A stretch of 64,000 bases of DNA from Peptococcaceae bacterium 1109 (GCA_001028815.1 LDJB01000004.1:147123-211122), one strand, 5' to 3'; numbered from the stretch's first letter, positions 47,760-57,756 are shown. A program made the numbers and translations. The notes: generated from the letters alone by a model not told the origin.

Positions 47760-48485
47760 TTAGTTGTTGAGCTCTTCCAATGGCTCACTGTGCATCAAAA
47801 CAGGCCGGTTGTCCACAAAGCTTGGCTTGGCCCATCGGACAGCGTTTACGATTACTCGCTGAACTTCTGGTTGATAGTACACTGGGAAAGTCTCATGCCC
47901 TGGCTGGAAGTAGAAAATCCGTCCCCTGCCCCGCTGGTAACAGCATCCGCTGCGGAACACTTCGCCCCCTTTGAACCAGCTGAGGAACACAAGGCAATCA
48001 GGGGCAGGCACATCAAAGCGCTCCCCATACATCTCTTCCCGGGGTATCTCAAAATAATCTCCTAAACCCTGCGCTATAGGGTGCCCCTGCTCTACTACCC
48101 ACACGCGGGCCTTCTCCCCTACATCACGCCAGCGCAAGTCGCACGAGGTACCCATCAACTTGCGGAAGATCTTGGCATGGTGCCCCGAGTGCAGCACGAT
48201 CAAGCCCATTCCAGCAAGCACTCGCTGATACACCCGCTCAACAACACTGTCAGAGACCTGCCAGTGGGCTTTGTGGCCCCACCAAATCAGGACATCTGTT
48301 TCCGCCAACACTTCTTCAGTCAAACCATGCTCAGGTTCATTAAGAGTGGCTGTGCGAACGCTAATATCACCTTCCTTCTTGAGGAAATCGGCGATCACTG
48401 CGTGAATCCCTTCAGGATAGATCTTCGCAACTGCTTCGTTCTCAAGTTCGTGGAGATACTCATTCCATATTGTGACTCTTACCAT
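47760..48485 (-). CDS. ThuA-domain (trehalose-utilisation-like) protein
   Basis: VTIWNEY.HE...[17 protein letters not shown] and [11 protein letters not shown] blocks. Confidence 0.8.
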   Translation of the reverse strand: MVRVTIWNEYLHELENEAVAKIYPEGIHAVIADFLKKEGDISVRTATLNEPEHGLTEEVLAETDVLIWWGHKAHWQVSDSVVERVYQRVLAGMGLIVLHSGHHAKIFRKLMGTSCDLRWRDVGEKARVWVVEQGHPIAQGLGDYFEIPREEMYGERFDVPAPDCLVFLSWFKGGEVFRSGCCYQRGRGRIFYFQPGHETFPVYYQPEVQRVIVNAVRWAKPSFVDNRPVLMHSEPLEELNN

Positions 48486-48558
48486 ATCTCTTTCGCACCT
48501 ACTACCTTTCCTGCATTCTTGTCTAAAAACATTCTCTTGCCGCGGTGCAAAAACCTGC

Positions 48559-49431
48559 TTAGGACCAATTGGAAATTGGCGAGGAAACTAGACTAGATAG
48601 ATATGCCCCCTTCGCTGGAGCGTGGTCAGCGGGTTCAATGCGGGCCCTAGGATATAGGAGGCCTACTACCTCGCAGAAGCGCTTTTGTGCGATCTGGCTT
48701 CCCAACGCTACACAGCCGCAAAGGCCGATCAGGGGGCTAGTATTGCCTAACTGATTGATCATGGCCACCGCACCCTTAATTAAAGCATTTGCTCCTCGGA
48801 GGATTACCTCCAGCGCTACTGGATTGCCCGCCTCAGCCAGCTCATTGATGGCACGAGCCACAAAGTGGGCTCGGCTTCGGCAGGGGCGCTCCCACCACCC
48901 AACAAGGCAGTCACGAAGCTCCTTAACGCCGTAGGCACAAGGTTCTCGTGTGATGCGGCTTAGGGCGTCATTGACGATGTCCATAGCACCACCGCCCCCC
49001 ACCAGCCTGGTGATTGTGCCTGTAGGGTCCCGGCCCAGTACTGAGCCCATGGTATCGGTCAAGATCATGATCTCAGGGCTCCTACCTGGCATACCACGCA
49101 TGGCCGCCTCAGAAAAGCAGTGTACTCTGACATTGGTGGCGTACACAACACTATTGACCAGATCCATTACTTTATCGAACTTGTAGACATACTGGGGCTG
49201 CATAGCCAGGGTTACTGTATGTAGTCGGTCCGTCTCTCTGATCCCAGGTATGGAGCGGACTAGCTTGCTCAAGTTATACCGAGCCGCAGATATCCCAAGA
49301 CGGTGATAATCAAAGGACCTTCCCAGCTGCCGTCCAATAACGTTCCCCTGATCATCCCCAAGAATGGCCATGGATACACCATCATCTTCAGCAATTCCAA
49401 GATACAACCGCTTAGCTGTGGTTTGTCTCAT
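48559..49431 (-). CDS. ASKHA-fold ATPase of the BadF/BadG/BcrA/BcrD (N-acetylglucosamine-kinase-like) family, divergent
   Basis: Length and overall pattern fit (LYLGI....G......[18 protein letters not shown]). The phosphate-1 motif reads GIAEDDGVS instead of GIDGGGT. Confidence 0.45.
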   Translation of the reverse strand: MRQTTAKRLYLGIAEDDGVSMAILGDDQGNVIGRQLGRSFDYHRLGISAARYNLSKLVRSIPGIRETDRLHTVTLAMQPQYVYKFDKVMDLVNSVVYATNVRVHCFSEAAMRGMPGRSPEIMILTDTMGSVLGRDPTGTITRLVGGGGAMDIVNDALSRITREPCAYGVKELRDCLVGWWERPCRSRAHFVARAINELAEAGNPVALEVILRGANALIKGAVAMINQLGNTSPLIGLCGCVALGSQIAQKRFCEVVGLLYPRARIEPADHAPAKGAYLSSLVSSPISNWS

Positions 49432-49540
49432 AGCATCCTCAGGTAGTGAATTTGAGGCACACTCAAGTTCCGGAAAAATTGTGCCTTTTTAGATCACAAT
49501 ACCTATCTAGTGACCCCCTTTTAAGTTCATTCTGTTCATC

Positions 49541-49569
49541 ATTCTATAATGCACACAACAATATGTCAA
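49541..49569 (-). promoter_or_regulatory. Near-consensus sigma-A promoter in front of the BadF-like gene
   Basis: The minus strand reads TTGACA (49569-49564), 17 nt, then TAGAAT (49546-49541). Confidence 0.55.
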
Positions 49570-49575
49570 CAATAA

Positions 49576-49598
49576 GGCCCAGCTCTGTGAGCTGGGCC
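49576..49598 (-). terminator. Terminator hairpin of xylA
   Basis: The minus strand reads GGCCCAGCTC-aca-GAGCTGGGCC followed by ttattgtt. Confidence 0.7.
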
Positions 49599-49615
49599 TC
49601 GAGTTAACACTAGTT

Positions 49616-50935
49616 TTAGTCGAGGATGTAGCGGTTGAGGATGTTTTCCAGCATTTCCTGCCGCCCGGAGGTAAGGGCGATGGGAGAGTCATTTTGGAGT
49701 GCGTATTCCGCCAGCTCTTTGAAGCCCACTTTGCCATCGATAATCTCCTTGCCGATCCCCGACTGCCAGCTCTTGTAGCGTTCCGCAATGAAGTCCTCAA
49801 TCTCCCCGGACTCCAAGAGCCGGTGGGCCACCTTCAGCCCCCGGGCAAAGGCATCCATTCCAGAAATATGAGCGTGGAACAGGTCTTCAGGCTCAAAGGA
49901 TCCTCTTCTCACCTTGGCATCAAAGTTAAGCCCACCTGGTGCCAAACCGCCGTTCAGGAGGATTTCATACATGGCCAGGGTTGTGAAGTAGAGGTTAGTG
50001 GGGAATTGGTCGGTGTCCCAGCCCAGGAGCTCATCACCTTGGTTTGCATCCACGCTGCCTAAAATACCGTTGATCCGAGCATAGCGCAGTTCATGTTGGA
50101 AGGTATGTCCTGCTAAAGTGGCGTGATTAGCCTCAATGTTCACCTTGAAGTGTTCTTCTAGGCCATAGGTCTTGAGGAAGGCCAAAACCGAGGCGGTATC
50201 GAAGTCGTATTGGTGCTTAGTGGGCTCCTTGGGCTTCGGTTCAATCAAGAACTGCCCGGTGAACCCGATTTCTTGAGCATAGTCTACTGCCATGTGGAAG
50301 AATCGAGCCAGGTTATCCAACTCCAACTTCATATCTGTGTTCAGTAGGGTTTCATAGCCTTCCCGGCCGCCCCAGAACACATAGTTGTCTCCACCCAGTT
50401 CCTTGGTGATTTCCAAAGCCCGTTTTACCCGTGCCGCAGCGTAGGCAAAGACATCGGCATTAGGAGATGTGGCCGCACCGTGCATGAACCGGGGGTGTCC
50501 AAACAGATTAGTGGTTCCCCAGAGGAGCTTCTTGCCCGTTTGCGCCATAAGATCCTTGATAATAGCCACAATCTCATCGATGTTCTTGAAAGTCTCCCGC
50601 AGTGTCTTCCCTTCTGGAGCCAGGTCTATGTCATGGAAGCAGAAGAAGGGGATCTGCATCTTCTCCATGAACTCAAAGCTGGCGTACGCCCGCATGCGAG
50701 CCACTTCCATTGGATCGGTAATCTCATCCCAGGGGCGTACCATCGATTCGCTGCCAAACATATCCCGGCCGCCACCGGTCATGGTGTGCCAATAAGCCAT
50801 GGAAAAGCGCAGGTGCTCTTGCATGGTCTTGCCGCCTACTACTTCATCGGGATTGTAATAGCGAAAAGCCAAGAGGTTCTTCGTCTTTTCGCCTTCGTAC
50901 TCAATCTTTTTGACCTCGGGGAAAAACTCCTTCAC
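49616..50935 (-). CDS. xylA: Xylose isomerase
   Basis: [57 protein letters not shown] and [14 protein letters not shown]; 439 aa. GTG start with AAGGAGG upstream. Confidence 0.95.
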   Translation of the reverse strand: MKEFFPEVKKIEYEGEKTKNLLAFRYYNPDEVVGGKTMQEHLRFSMAYWHTMTGGGRDMFGSESMVRPWDEITDPMEVARMRAYASFEFMEKMQIPFFCFHDIDLAPEGKTLRETFKNIDEIVAIIKDLMAQTGKKLLWGTTNLFGHPRFMHGAATSPNADVFAYAAARVKRALEITKELGGDNYVFWGGREGYETLLNTDMKLELDNLARFFHMAVDYAQEIGFTGQFLIEPKPKEPTKHQYDFDTASVLAFLKTYGLEEHFKVNIEANHATLAGHTFQHELRYARINGILGSVDANQGDELLGWDTDQFPTNLYFTTLAMYEILLNGGLAPGGLNFDAKVRRGSFEPEDLFHAHISGMDAFARGLKVAHRLLESGEIEDFIAERYKSWQSGIGKEIIDGKVGFKELAEYALQNDSPIALTSGRQEMLENILNRYILD

Positions 50936-51035
50936 AGCAACCCGCCTCCTTGTTTAACAAATTGGTACACCTAATTATTCCATATTTACTGAACCTTTCC
51001 TGCCAATGGCCGTTTTATAACAATGAAGGACGGGG

Positions 51036-51998
51036 TCAACTGGTAGGTTCAGCCCCTACAGGGATTCTCTCCAGGAGTTCATCAACCACTGCTTCACTTG
51101 TTACCCCTCGCATGATGCTTTCCGGCCGGAGTAGGATGCGATGGGCTAAGACACTCATCGCGTTTTCCTTAACATCATCAGGGAGCACGAAATCCCGACC
51201 CTGGAGAGCAGCCCGAGCTTGACTTGCCCGCATCAGTGCAAGCGAACCACGGGGGCTCACTCCCAACTGAACTTGGGGATGGGATCGGGTAGCATGTACC
51301 AAGCGGGCAATGTAATCGCGGATAGACTCTTCCACGAATACCTGGGCAACCAAGCGCTGCATGTGCCCAACCTGGCTCAAATCAGTACAGGGAACGATCT
51401 CCTCAATAGGGTGGGCAGTTTGCAAACGCTGCAAGATCTCCTTTTCCTCAGATAAGGTGGGGTATCCCAGACGGATACGCATAAAAAACCGATCGAGCTG
51501 AGCCTCGGGGAGGGGAAATGTTCCCTCGTACTCAATGGGGTTTTGGGTTGCGATCACTAGAAAGGGCCTAGTCAGCTTGTATGTATTCCCGTCCACAGTG
51601 ACCTGCATCTCGCCCATGGCCTCCAGCAAGCTTGACTGGGTGCGGGGCGTAGCTCGGTTGACTTCATCTGCCAGTACCACCTGGGCCATGATGGGCCCAG
51701 GGTGAAACACAAAATCCCCTTCTTTTTGGTTAAACACTGAAACGCCCGTAATGTCTGATGGAAGCAGGTCGGGAGTGCACTGGATCCGGCTGAACTTCCC
51801 CCCGATTGACGTGGCGAGTGCTCTGGCAAGCATGGTCTTGCCCACCCCTGGAACATCCTCAAGCAGCACATGCCCTTCGCTGAGGAGGGCTGTGAGAATC
51901 AAGCGGATTTCCTCGCGCTTACCCACAATTACTTGGCCGATGTTATCTGCAACCTTTTCGCCCAATTCAGCGATGGACGCAATGCTTAGCTCATTCAT
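51036..51998 (-). CDS. MoxR-family AAA+ ATPase
   Basis: HVLLEDVPGVGKTMLARALA (Walker A), VLADEVNRA (Walker B) and VIATQNPIEYEGTFPLPEAQLDRF. Confidence 0.9.
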   Translation of the reverse strand: MNELSIASIAELGEKVADNIGQVIVGKREEIRLILTALLSEGHVLLEDVPGVGKTMLARALATSIGGKFSRIQCTPDLLPSDITGVSVFNQKEGDFVFHPGPIMAQVVLADEVNRATPRTQSSLLEAMGEMQVTVDGNTYKLTRPFLVIATQNPIEYEGTFPLPEAQLDRFFMRIRLGYPTLSEEKEILQRLQTAHPIEEIVPCTDLSQVGHMQRLVAQVFVEESIRDYIARLVHATRSHPQVQLGVSPRGSLALMRASQARAALQGRDFVLPDDVKENAMSVLAHRILLRPESIMRGVTSEAVVDELLERIPVGAEPTS

Positions 51999-53544
51999 TT
52001 TCCTTCCCCCTTACAATACGCTGCAGGCCAGCGGCGATCCGCCTTGCCTGTTCCAAAGCCCGCTCTCGAAGCGTCTTTTCCAGGTCCCGCTGGCTGTAGC
52101 GGGCAAGATGGTAACTCTCTAAGAAATCCCGAATCTCCCCGTCGTGTTCAGGGAGGGAAACTGTCAAGCGCTGCCCAAATTCCGCAGGGGTCTCACCTAC
52201 CCCCGGGGCCAATCCAACAGCTGCGGCGGCCCGCAGGAGCTGACGAAAGGCCCCCCGAATGTCCCGGGAAGCAGCACTCTCACGCCGAGGCCCCCTTGGA
52301 GAAGCCTGAGGAGAAAGTTCCTCAAAGGGAGCAGCCAGATGCCTTGGCAGATTGACGCCCTTCACCCGGCGCAGGTACCGCAGGAAAAAGAGGCCAAGCT
52401 GCCAAACAGAGTCTCGCACAACCAGATAAAGCCGGGCCGCGGCATGGGGCAGGCCCCGGAGCCTCTCAAGCTCGCCCTGGGCAAGGCTCACCACAAGGAA
52501 GCCCAAGAAAACGGCCACAGCCAGCCCTAAGAGGCCAAAGGTGAGCACCATGTAGATGAGAGTCATCACTCCCACCCAAAACGGAGGCTCCGCTCCCTCC
52601 AGCTGCTCCCAAGGAATTTGAGAAGACTGCACTTCACTCTGGCCGCTCACTTCCCTGGGTTCCATAGATGGCGAACCGCTGGTGATGCGCATGAGCAGGC
52701 CCACGAGCCCACCGGCTATGTGATCAAAGGTGATGGGGGAAAAGTCCACAGGCATCAGGCTGATGATGACTGCAACCCCTAGGCATACCACTAACAAGTT
52801 CCTCAGCCAACGGCTGAACAGTTGCAGCGGATAAACCACCTTGATTTGCTGCCAGATTGTGGCTAACCGGTATAAGTAGGCACATCCCAAGACAAGCAGG
52901 CCGCTCGTCAAAGTCAGCAGATGGAATGCCGCGAGAACCAGCTGTTCCCGGCGGGTGACGCCTTGCAGGGCTCCTGTGCGCTGCGCTGCCACTGCCAGGC
53001 ACGCAGTAAGGAGGCCAAAGCCTATGAGCCTTACGAGAAAATACTCGATGGGCAGAGCGGTGTTGGCACCTTTCATGGCCAAGGAATCATATTCCCAGCT
53101 TAAAGTGGAGGCCGCTTGATCCCCTAGTTCATCCCTGACCTTGGCAATGCGGGCCAGGCGATGCCCAAGGCCCCCTGCCACTGCCCACACTAGCAGAGCG
53201 ATGCTGAAAGGGATCAGAAAACCCAGGTCTGGAAAACTACGCCACAGAGCCCACCACGGGTAAGGGACATTGTTTCCCAGGCGCAGTAGGAGGCTGGTCA
53301 GTACTCCGATCATTCCCACTTCCAAGAGGCGCCACGTGAATGGGGTGCGGGGCGATAGGACATAGGCAGAGTAATATACGCTCTCCAGGGCGAAAACGGC
53401 CAAAAGAGCATAGAGCCAGATAGGAAAATGCCAGCCGCTGTAGAACAGGGCGATGTAGTGCCCTACCAATGCTCCCACGGAAAGTGAAAACACTGCACAG
53501 AACACTGGCAGTACAGGTGGCTTGATGTCTAATTCTCTGTTCAA
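51991..53544 (-). CDS. Multi-TM membrane protein with C-terminal DUF4129 domain
   Basis: TTG 53544 (AAGGGGTGG upstream, TTGA overlap with the DUF58 stop) or ATG 53577. Roughly 8 or more TM segments. The C-terminal ETPAEFGQRL....IRDFLESYHLARYS resembles DUF4129. The track start 53775 lies inside the DUF58 gene. Confidence 0.65.
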   Translation of the reverse strand: MNRELDIKPPVLPVFCAVFSLSVGALVGHYIALFYSGWHFPIWLYALLAVFALESVYYSAYVLSPRTPFTWRLLEVGMIGVLTSLLLRLGNNVPYPWWALWRSFPDLGFLIPFSIALLVWAVAGGLGHRLARIAKVRDELGDQAASTLSWEYDSLAMKGANTALPIEYFLVRLIGFGLLTACLAVAAQRTGALQGVTRREQLVLAAFHLLTLTSGLLVLGCAYLYRLATIWQQIKVVYPLQLFSRWLRNLLVVCLGVAVIISLMPVDFSPITFDHIAGGLVGLLMRITSGSPSMEPREVSGQSEVQSSQIPWEQLEGAEPPFWVGVMTLIYMVLTFGLLGLAVAVFLGFLVVSLAQGELERLRGLPHAAARLYLVVRDSVWQLGLFFLRYLRRVKGVNLPRHLAAPFEELSPQASPRGPRRESAASRDIRGAFRQLLRAAAAVGLAPGVGETPAEFGQRLTVSLPEHDGEIRDFLESYHLARYSQRDLEKTLRERALEQARRIAAGLQRIVRGKENE

Positions 53545-54830
53545 GCAGATCCACCCCTTACCTGAGCCTGGGGCCATAACTCTAAGCGCTGTTCTTCCCG
53601 GACGACCCGATGAACGCTCACTCCCCGGGATTCCCGCCCTAAGAGGGCCTGGTGCTCCACTGGGCCGCCCACCACAAGGAAAACAACGCTGAGCCCCAGC
53701 CGCGCCAAGCGATAAGCTTGCTCTACCAGTTCGGGCGTATCGCGGGGTACAACTAAGACAAGCACCGCGCCCCAACTCAAACCGCGCCCCACTTGATCAA
53801 CTAAACCTAGGAAGCGGGGCTCTGGCTGGCACTCCACACCCGCCAAGGCTGTCATGATGTCCATCAACTGCCCCTGGCTCGGGGGAATCACAAGCGCCCC
53901 TGTTTCGCCAGAGAATGTGTCAGGCTGGCCGCTGTCCCCAGCACGCCACTTTTGGTAGCGGGCATAGGTGGCAAATCCGCACGCTTCTCCACTCTGTGCT
54001 GCATGGTGGGCCACCGCGGCCGCTGCCTGGACCGCCAGTTCCTTGTCACTGTACCAGGAGTGTACGTCATAATCCGGTTCATCCATATTTAGGAGAATCA
54101 TCACATTGAGGGTGATGGTGTGTTCGTATTGCTTAACCTGCAAAGCCCCGGTGCGGCCAGTGGCTTTCCAGTGGACGGTCTTAAGGGGATCCCCAGGCTT
54201 GTAAGGACGCACTCCCCCGAGTCTTGAGGGATCTGGATAGATGCGCTGCTGGGCCCTGATGTTCCCTGGAAAAAGCCGGGAGGGGAGGCTCAGAGCCGAG
54301 AAGGGCAAGCGTTCGGGATAGACAACTACTGTGTGATACAGCTCCCGCTCCATAGCAGCGGTACTGATCCCAAAGAGATCGCCGCCTAAAACCCGGATGG
54401 GCCCTACCTCATACACACCGCGGTTGCGGCCGATGAGCCGGCACTCAAGATGTGCCTCTTCCTTGGGGGAAAGAGATACCACCCAGCGGTGGGTGCGCCC
54501 CCCCAGCCCGAGAGGAATGTATTCCACCCCAGAAACCCACGGCAGGGGAAGCCACGAAGCGTTCCGCACTGTAAGGGACAGCACCGCTTCTTCACCGGAG
54601 AAGAGGCGGACAACATCCCGGGGGTACTCAACCATGAGGTTCTCTACCGCGCGGCGCTGCAAGTTGGGAAGAATATAAAAAAGAATCACTGCAACCGCTG
54701 CCAACCCGTAAGCGGCCCGTGTTTCCAACAAGAGAGCAAAGAGAACGAGAATCCAGGTTAAGAAGCGCCACGCTGCCACATCAACACCCCCTGCTTGTAT
54801 GTTCTGCCCTGAGGCAAACGATTCCTTCAC
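53541..54830 (-). CDS. DUF58-domain protein (MoxR-associated, vWA-like)
   Basis: Two N-terminal TM segments and the hallmark GVRPYKPGDPLKTVHWKATGRTGALQVKQYE. Confidence 0.85.
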   Translation of the reverse strand: MKESFASGQNIQAGGVDVAAWRFLTWILVLFALLLETRAAYGLAAVAVILFYILPNLQRRAVENLMVEYPRDVVRLFSGEEAVLSLTVRNASWLPLPWVSGVEYIPLGLGGRTHRWVVSLSPKEEAHLECRLIGRNRGVYEVGPIRVLGGDLFGISTAAMERELYHTVVVYPERLPFSALSLPSRLFPGNIRAQQRIYPDPSRLGGVRPYKPGDPLKTVHWKATGRTGALQVKQYEHTITLNVMILLNMDEPDYDVHSWYSDKELAVQAAAAVAHHAAQSGEACGFATYARYQKWRAGDSGQPDTFSGETGALVIPPSQGQLMDIMTALAGVECQPEPRFLGLVDQVGRGLSWGAVLVLVVPRDTPELVEQAYRLARLGLSVVFLVVGGPVEHQALLGRESRGVSVHRVVREEQRLELWPQAQVRGGSA

Positions 54831-54866
54831 TGAACAAACACCTGCACCCTAAGGAGGATTACTGTA

Positions 54867-55466
54867 ATGAGCTGGAAACTGTTCCTGATGCCCGTTATCT
54901 CGGCCTTAATCGGCTGGGGCACAAACGTGATTGCCATCCGAATGCTGTTCTGGCCCCGCAAGCCGGTGCCCATCCCCCTCACTCGTTGGGAGCTTTGGGG
55001 ACTATTGCCCAAGCGCCAGGCGGAAATTGCTTCGAGCATCGGAGAGATCGTCAATGACGAACTCCTCCCCCTTCAGTCCTTGGTGGATGCCATCAATACA
55101 AAAGAGATGCGCCAGCGTGTGGCGCATCTCATCTGCACTAGTATTGAAGAAAAAATGGAACGCTTTGTACCTGCATTTTTACTCAGCTCGTTCCGGAGCT
55201 TCCTAGACAACGTCCTTAAGGAGCGAGTTGCTCGAGAAATTGAAGATCTCTTTTCCCGCCTGGGCCATGATCTCGCAGCAGAACTCCAAGAGTCCCGCCT
55301 CCTCGGCAACTTAGTCGCGGAGAAAATCAGGTCTTATGATATCACCGGTTTGGAATCACTGATCCTCCAGGTTGCTCACACAGAACTGCGCTACATCGAG
55401 CTGGCCGGAGCAGTTTTGGGCGGATTGATCGGCATCCTCCAGTCGCTGATAGTGTCTGTCCTATGA
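54867..55466 (+). CDS. DUF445-family membrane protein
   Basis: ISALIGWGTNVIAIRMLFWPRKP N-terminus and LRYIELAGAVLGGLIG C-terminus. Confidence 0.65.
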   Translation: MSWKLFLMPVISALIGWGTNVIAIRMLFWPRKPVPIPLTRWELWGLLPKRQAEIASSIGEIVNDELLPLQSLVDAINTKEMRQRVAHLICTSIEEKMERFVPAFLLSSFRSFLDNVLKERVAREIEDLFSRLGHDLAAELQESRLLGNLVAEKIRSYDITGLESLILQVAHTELRYIELAGAVLGGLIGILQSLIVSVL

Positions 55467-55470
55467 GGCC

Positions 55471-56196
55471 CTATCGCTTAATGAAGACCTGCGTCACCCG
55501 ATAGCTTGTCCCATATTTGACAATGCCAACCCCAATATGGGTGTATCCCGAATGGAGAATGTTGGCCCGGTGTCCAGAACTGTTCATAAACAGCTCGTGG
55601 GCCCGGTTGACGCTGGAAGCGCGGGCAATATTCTCCCCTGCCCGGGTGTAGAATACCCCTTCCTGGTCCAGCATGTTGTAGACTGTACCGTAGGTGGGGG
55701 AAACGTGGCTAAAATAGTTGTGTTCAGCCATGTCATGGCTCTTGACCTTGGCCACCCGAACCAGGTCCATATCCACTTGCAGTGGGCTCAGGCCTGCCTT
55801 GGCCCGCTCTTGGTTCACCAGATCAATTAGGCGCTGTTCATCGCTGGATAGGGATAGGCTGGGAAAAGGCACCTTATTCCCAACAGGATCAACAGGTGTG
55901 CTGGGTTGTCCAGGTTGAACTGGGTCTATTGGTTCACTGGGCTGTGTAGGCTGAGTGGGTACTGTGGGCTCGCTGGGCTGCGTGGGCCATGTTGGCTGAC
56001 TGGGCTGGGACGGCAAGTTCGGCTGCCACCAGTAGTACGATGGCTGGCTTGGCTGCGATGGCTGAGTCGGCTGACTTGGCACCGTTGGCTGAGTAGGTAC
56101 GGTGGGCGACTGGTTCCACCACTGCCACGCGCTGGCTTGTACAGCAACACTGGCCATAAGCAAAGCTGCTACGAGCAGTATAGTAATGCGTTTCAA
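55471..56196 (-). CDS. Secreted CAP/SCP-domain protein (YkwD-like) with a proline-rich repeat linker
   Basis: TTG start with GAGGAGG upstream, signal peptide MKRITILLVAALLMASVAVQASA, a P(T/S)QP repeat region, then the CAP domain LVNQERAKAGLSPL...HSQDM-like (KSHDMAEHNYFSH) ...GENIA...SSGHRANIL. Confidence 0.8.
   Translation of the reverse strand: MKRITILLVAALLMASVAVQASAWQWWNQSPTVPTQPTVPSQPTQPSQPSQPSYYWWQPNLPSQPSQPTWPTQPSEPTVPTQPTQPSEPIDPVQPGQPSTPVDPVGNKVPFPSLSLSSDEQRLIDLVNQERAKAGLSPLQVDMDLVRVAKVKSHDMAEHNYFSHVSPTYGTVYNMLDQEGVFYTRAGENIARASSVNRAHELFMNSSGHRANILHSGYTHIGVGIVKYGTSYRVTQVFIKR
55885..56109 (-). repeat. Low-complexity proline-rich coding repeats (PTQP/PSQP units)
   Basis: Translation SPTVPTQPTVPSQPTQPSQPSQPS...PSQPSQPTWPTQPSEPTVPTQPTQPSEP, with imperfect CAGCC/CAACC-rich repeats at the DNA level. 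Confidence 0.7.
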
Positions 56197-56211
56197 CGAA
56201 TAACCTCCTCA

Positions 56212-56248
56212 CAAAAATAAGCTAAGGACAAAGTATTAATCCTTAGCT
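56212..56248 (-). terminator. Rho-independent terminator of the 447-aa gene
   Basis: The minus strand reads AGCTAAGGA-(11 nt)-TCCTTAGCT followed by tatttttg. Confidence 0.7.
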
Positions 56249-56277
56249 ATTATACCAGTGCAGATGCGGTTTCTCAA
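56249..56277 (-). promoter_or_regulatory. Sigma-A-type promoter of the CAP-domain gene
   Basis: The minus strand reads TTGAGA (56277-56272), 17 nt, then TATAAT (56254-56249). Confidence 0.55.
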
Positions 56278-56293
56278 AAGCCAATATCTGGAA

Positions 56294-57637
56294 CTACAAG
56301 CGCCATAGACGCTGCCAAATGCTGAGTTTCCGCTCTGGTTCAGGGTTTTCCAGTTCCGCCAGACGGCGGCTTACTGCCAAACTCGCCTGCTCCAGCTTGG
56401 CCAAGCGGGGTTCCAGATTAGCCTGCCAGTCCCGTAATGTGCGGTCATATTTGGTAAGCCGGATCTCTAGACGTTCAATCCTCTCCGTGAGGGACTCAAG
56501 GCGAGACCGGGGTAGGCTCGCGGCCCGGTCGGCAGCCTCACGCACTTTGCCTTCCATCTTCTCCTCTAGGGCAGCGACCAATCGCTGCACACTGCTGTAT
56601 TCTTCCCGGAGCTTCTCCCACTCCAGCTGCAGCTGGAAGGCCTGCTCAATGAGAGATCTCTGGAGCTTTTCCTCCATGCCCTCCCGGCGCTCCTCAATAG
56701 GCGGAGCCACGGGCTCAGGGACAGGAGCAGGCTCCTCAAGGATCGGCGCCGTTGGTTCCCCAGCCACTTGCGGGACATATACAGGCACCGTCATAGCCCC
56801 TCCGGTCCTATCTTCCACTACCCGCATCTCAAAGCTGAACTGGGCGCTATCTGCAGAGCTTGGCTCGCCGTCCTCAGCTGTCGGGGTCTTCCAGAGCTTT
56901 TCCCCCTGCCGCCAAAGAAGGTGTACTTCGCCATCCAGCACTGCCCACCCCAGTCCTGAACAAGCCCCTGACGGGCGGGACACGGTCCTGATTGTGGACC
57001 AAGATTCACCCTTCCGCATCATCTGTACTTGCCCCGATTGCTCTTCCGAGATCCAAGCCAGCACCAGTGGATCCCCGGGGAAGAACAGCGGATTGCGACA
57101 GGCATGGGTCACTAAAGGTACCGCTCCGCTCCATGTTTTCTGCTCTGTGGAAAATGCTCGGTAAAGCAGGTGGCCGTCCCCATGACTGGTGTAGGCTAAG
57201 TGCAGAAATCCGTCCGGATCCCAAGAGGCACTAAAACCCCACTTATCTGGGCGGATGTGCGTTGAGATGACCATCGCCTTGCCCCAGGCCCCTGAGAAGG
57301 TCTGATGGCACAGGGAGGCTCCTTGGCCTTTGCTAGGTTGGGTGAGGAAAACAAGGTGCACGTTTCCCCCACCATCTGTAACCAAAACGCTGCCCTGGCC
57401 ATATTCATGTTCTAAGTCCACTTTGCTGCTGGCAAAAGTCACTTGTCCGTGGAAATGCCAAGCTGACCCATTCTGGTCGAATGCCACAATATGAACAGTC
57501 TCCCCGGCCCGGGTTACAGCAAAATCTCCAGCGTCTTGCAGCAAGATAGTCTGTCGGCCATCGGCCAGCGTGACTCCCAGCCTTCCGCTGATCAATCCTA
57601 CTGACTCTACATAGGTCGTTCCCACTTGAACCCGCAT
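56294..57637 (-). CDS. Hypothetical protein: N-terminal beta-repeat (propeller-like) region, Pro-rich linker, C-terminal coiled coil
   Basis: Repeated ...G..HL.(F/Y/W) strands (VHIVAFDQNG, NVHLVFLTQ, FLHLAYTSHGDGHLLYRAF, EVHLLWRQ). Then EPTAPILEEPAPVPEPVAPP, then about 120 aa of heptad-like E/L/R-rich sequence. No family recognised. Confidence 0.6.
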   Translation of the reverse strand: MRVQVGTTYVESVGLISGRLGVTLADGRQTILLQDAGDFAVTRAGETVHIVAFDQNGSAWHFHGQVTFASSKVDLEHEYGQGSVLVTDGGGNVHLVFLTQPSKGQGASLCHQTFSGAWGKAMVISTHIRPDKWGFSASWDPDGFLHLAYTSHGDGHLLYRAFSTEQKTWSGAVPLVTHACRNPLFFPGDPLVLAWISEEQSGQVQMMRKGESWSTIRTVSRPSGACSGLGWAVLDGEVHLLWRQGEKLWKTPTAEDGEPSSADSAQFSFEMRVVEDRTGGAMTVPVYVPQVAGEPTAPILEEPAPVPEPVAPPIEERREGMEEKLQRSLIEQAFQLQLEWEKLREEYSSVQRLVAALEEKMEGKVREAADRAASLPRSRLESLTERIERLEIRLTKYDRTLRDWQANLEPRLAKLEQASLAVSRRLAELENPEPERKLSIWQRLWRL

Positions 57638-57756
57638 ACCAAAACACCCCCGTTACACGCTATGCAGCCTTCTGGGGTGATAGACATTTTTCCTAGTACA
57701 AATGCACCGACACTGCTCACAAGCATACTATGTCTCTAGAGAAAGGAGGAGTATTG

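Noticed and set aside
50950-50960. TTGTTTAACAA palindrome overlapping the xylA SD region as a XylR operator.
   Set aside because: It has only 5-bp arms, no xylR gene is present in the window, and there is no second copy. It cannot be distinguished from chance.
53545-53775. N-terminal 77-residue extension of the DUF4129 ORF. Analogous track-start extensions occur at 1009, 9892, 16367, 23999, 28040, 34190, 41096, 47788 and 58338.
   Set aside because: The extensions overlap the upstream gene or a leader RNA, lack SD sequences and have atypical composition. Internal starts with good SDs and family-typical N-termini exist in every case.
55885-56109. Collagen-like or exosporium BclA-type repeat.
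   Set aside because: The repeats are P-(T/S)-Q-P, not G-X-Y triplets. There is no glycine periodicity.
56319-57164. 281-aa Ser/Arg-rich plus-strand ORF opposite the 447-aa gene.
   Set aside because: It is the mirror image of the E/L/R-rich coiled-coil coding region, has extreme low-complexity composition and has no translation signals.
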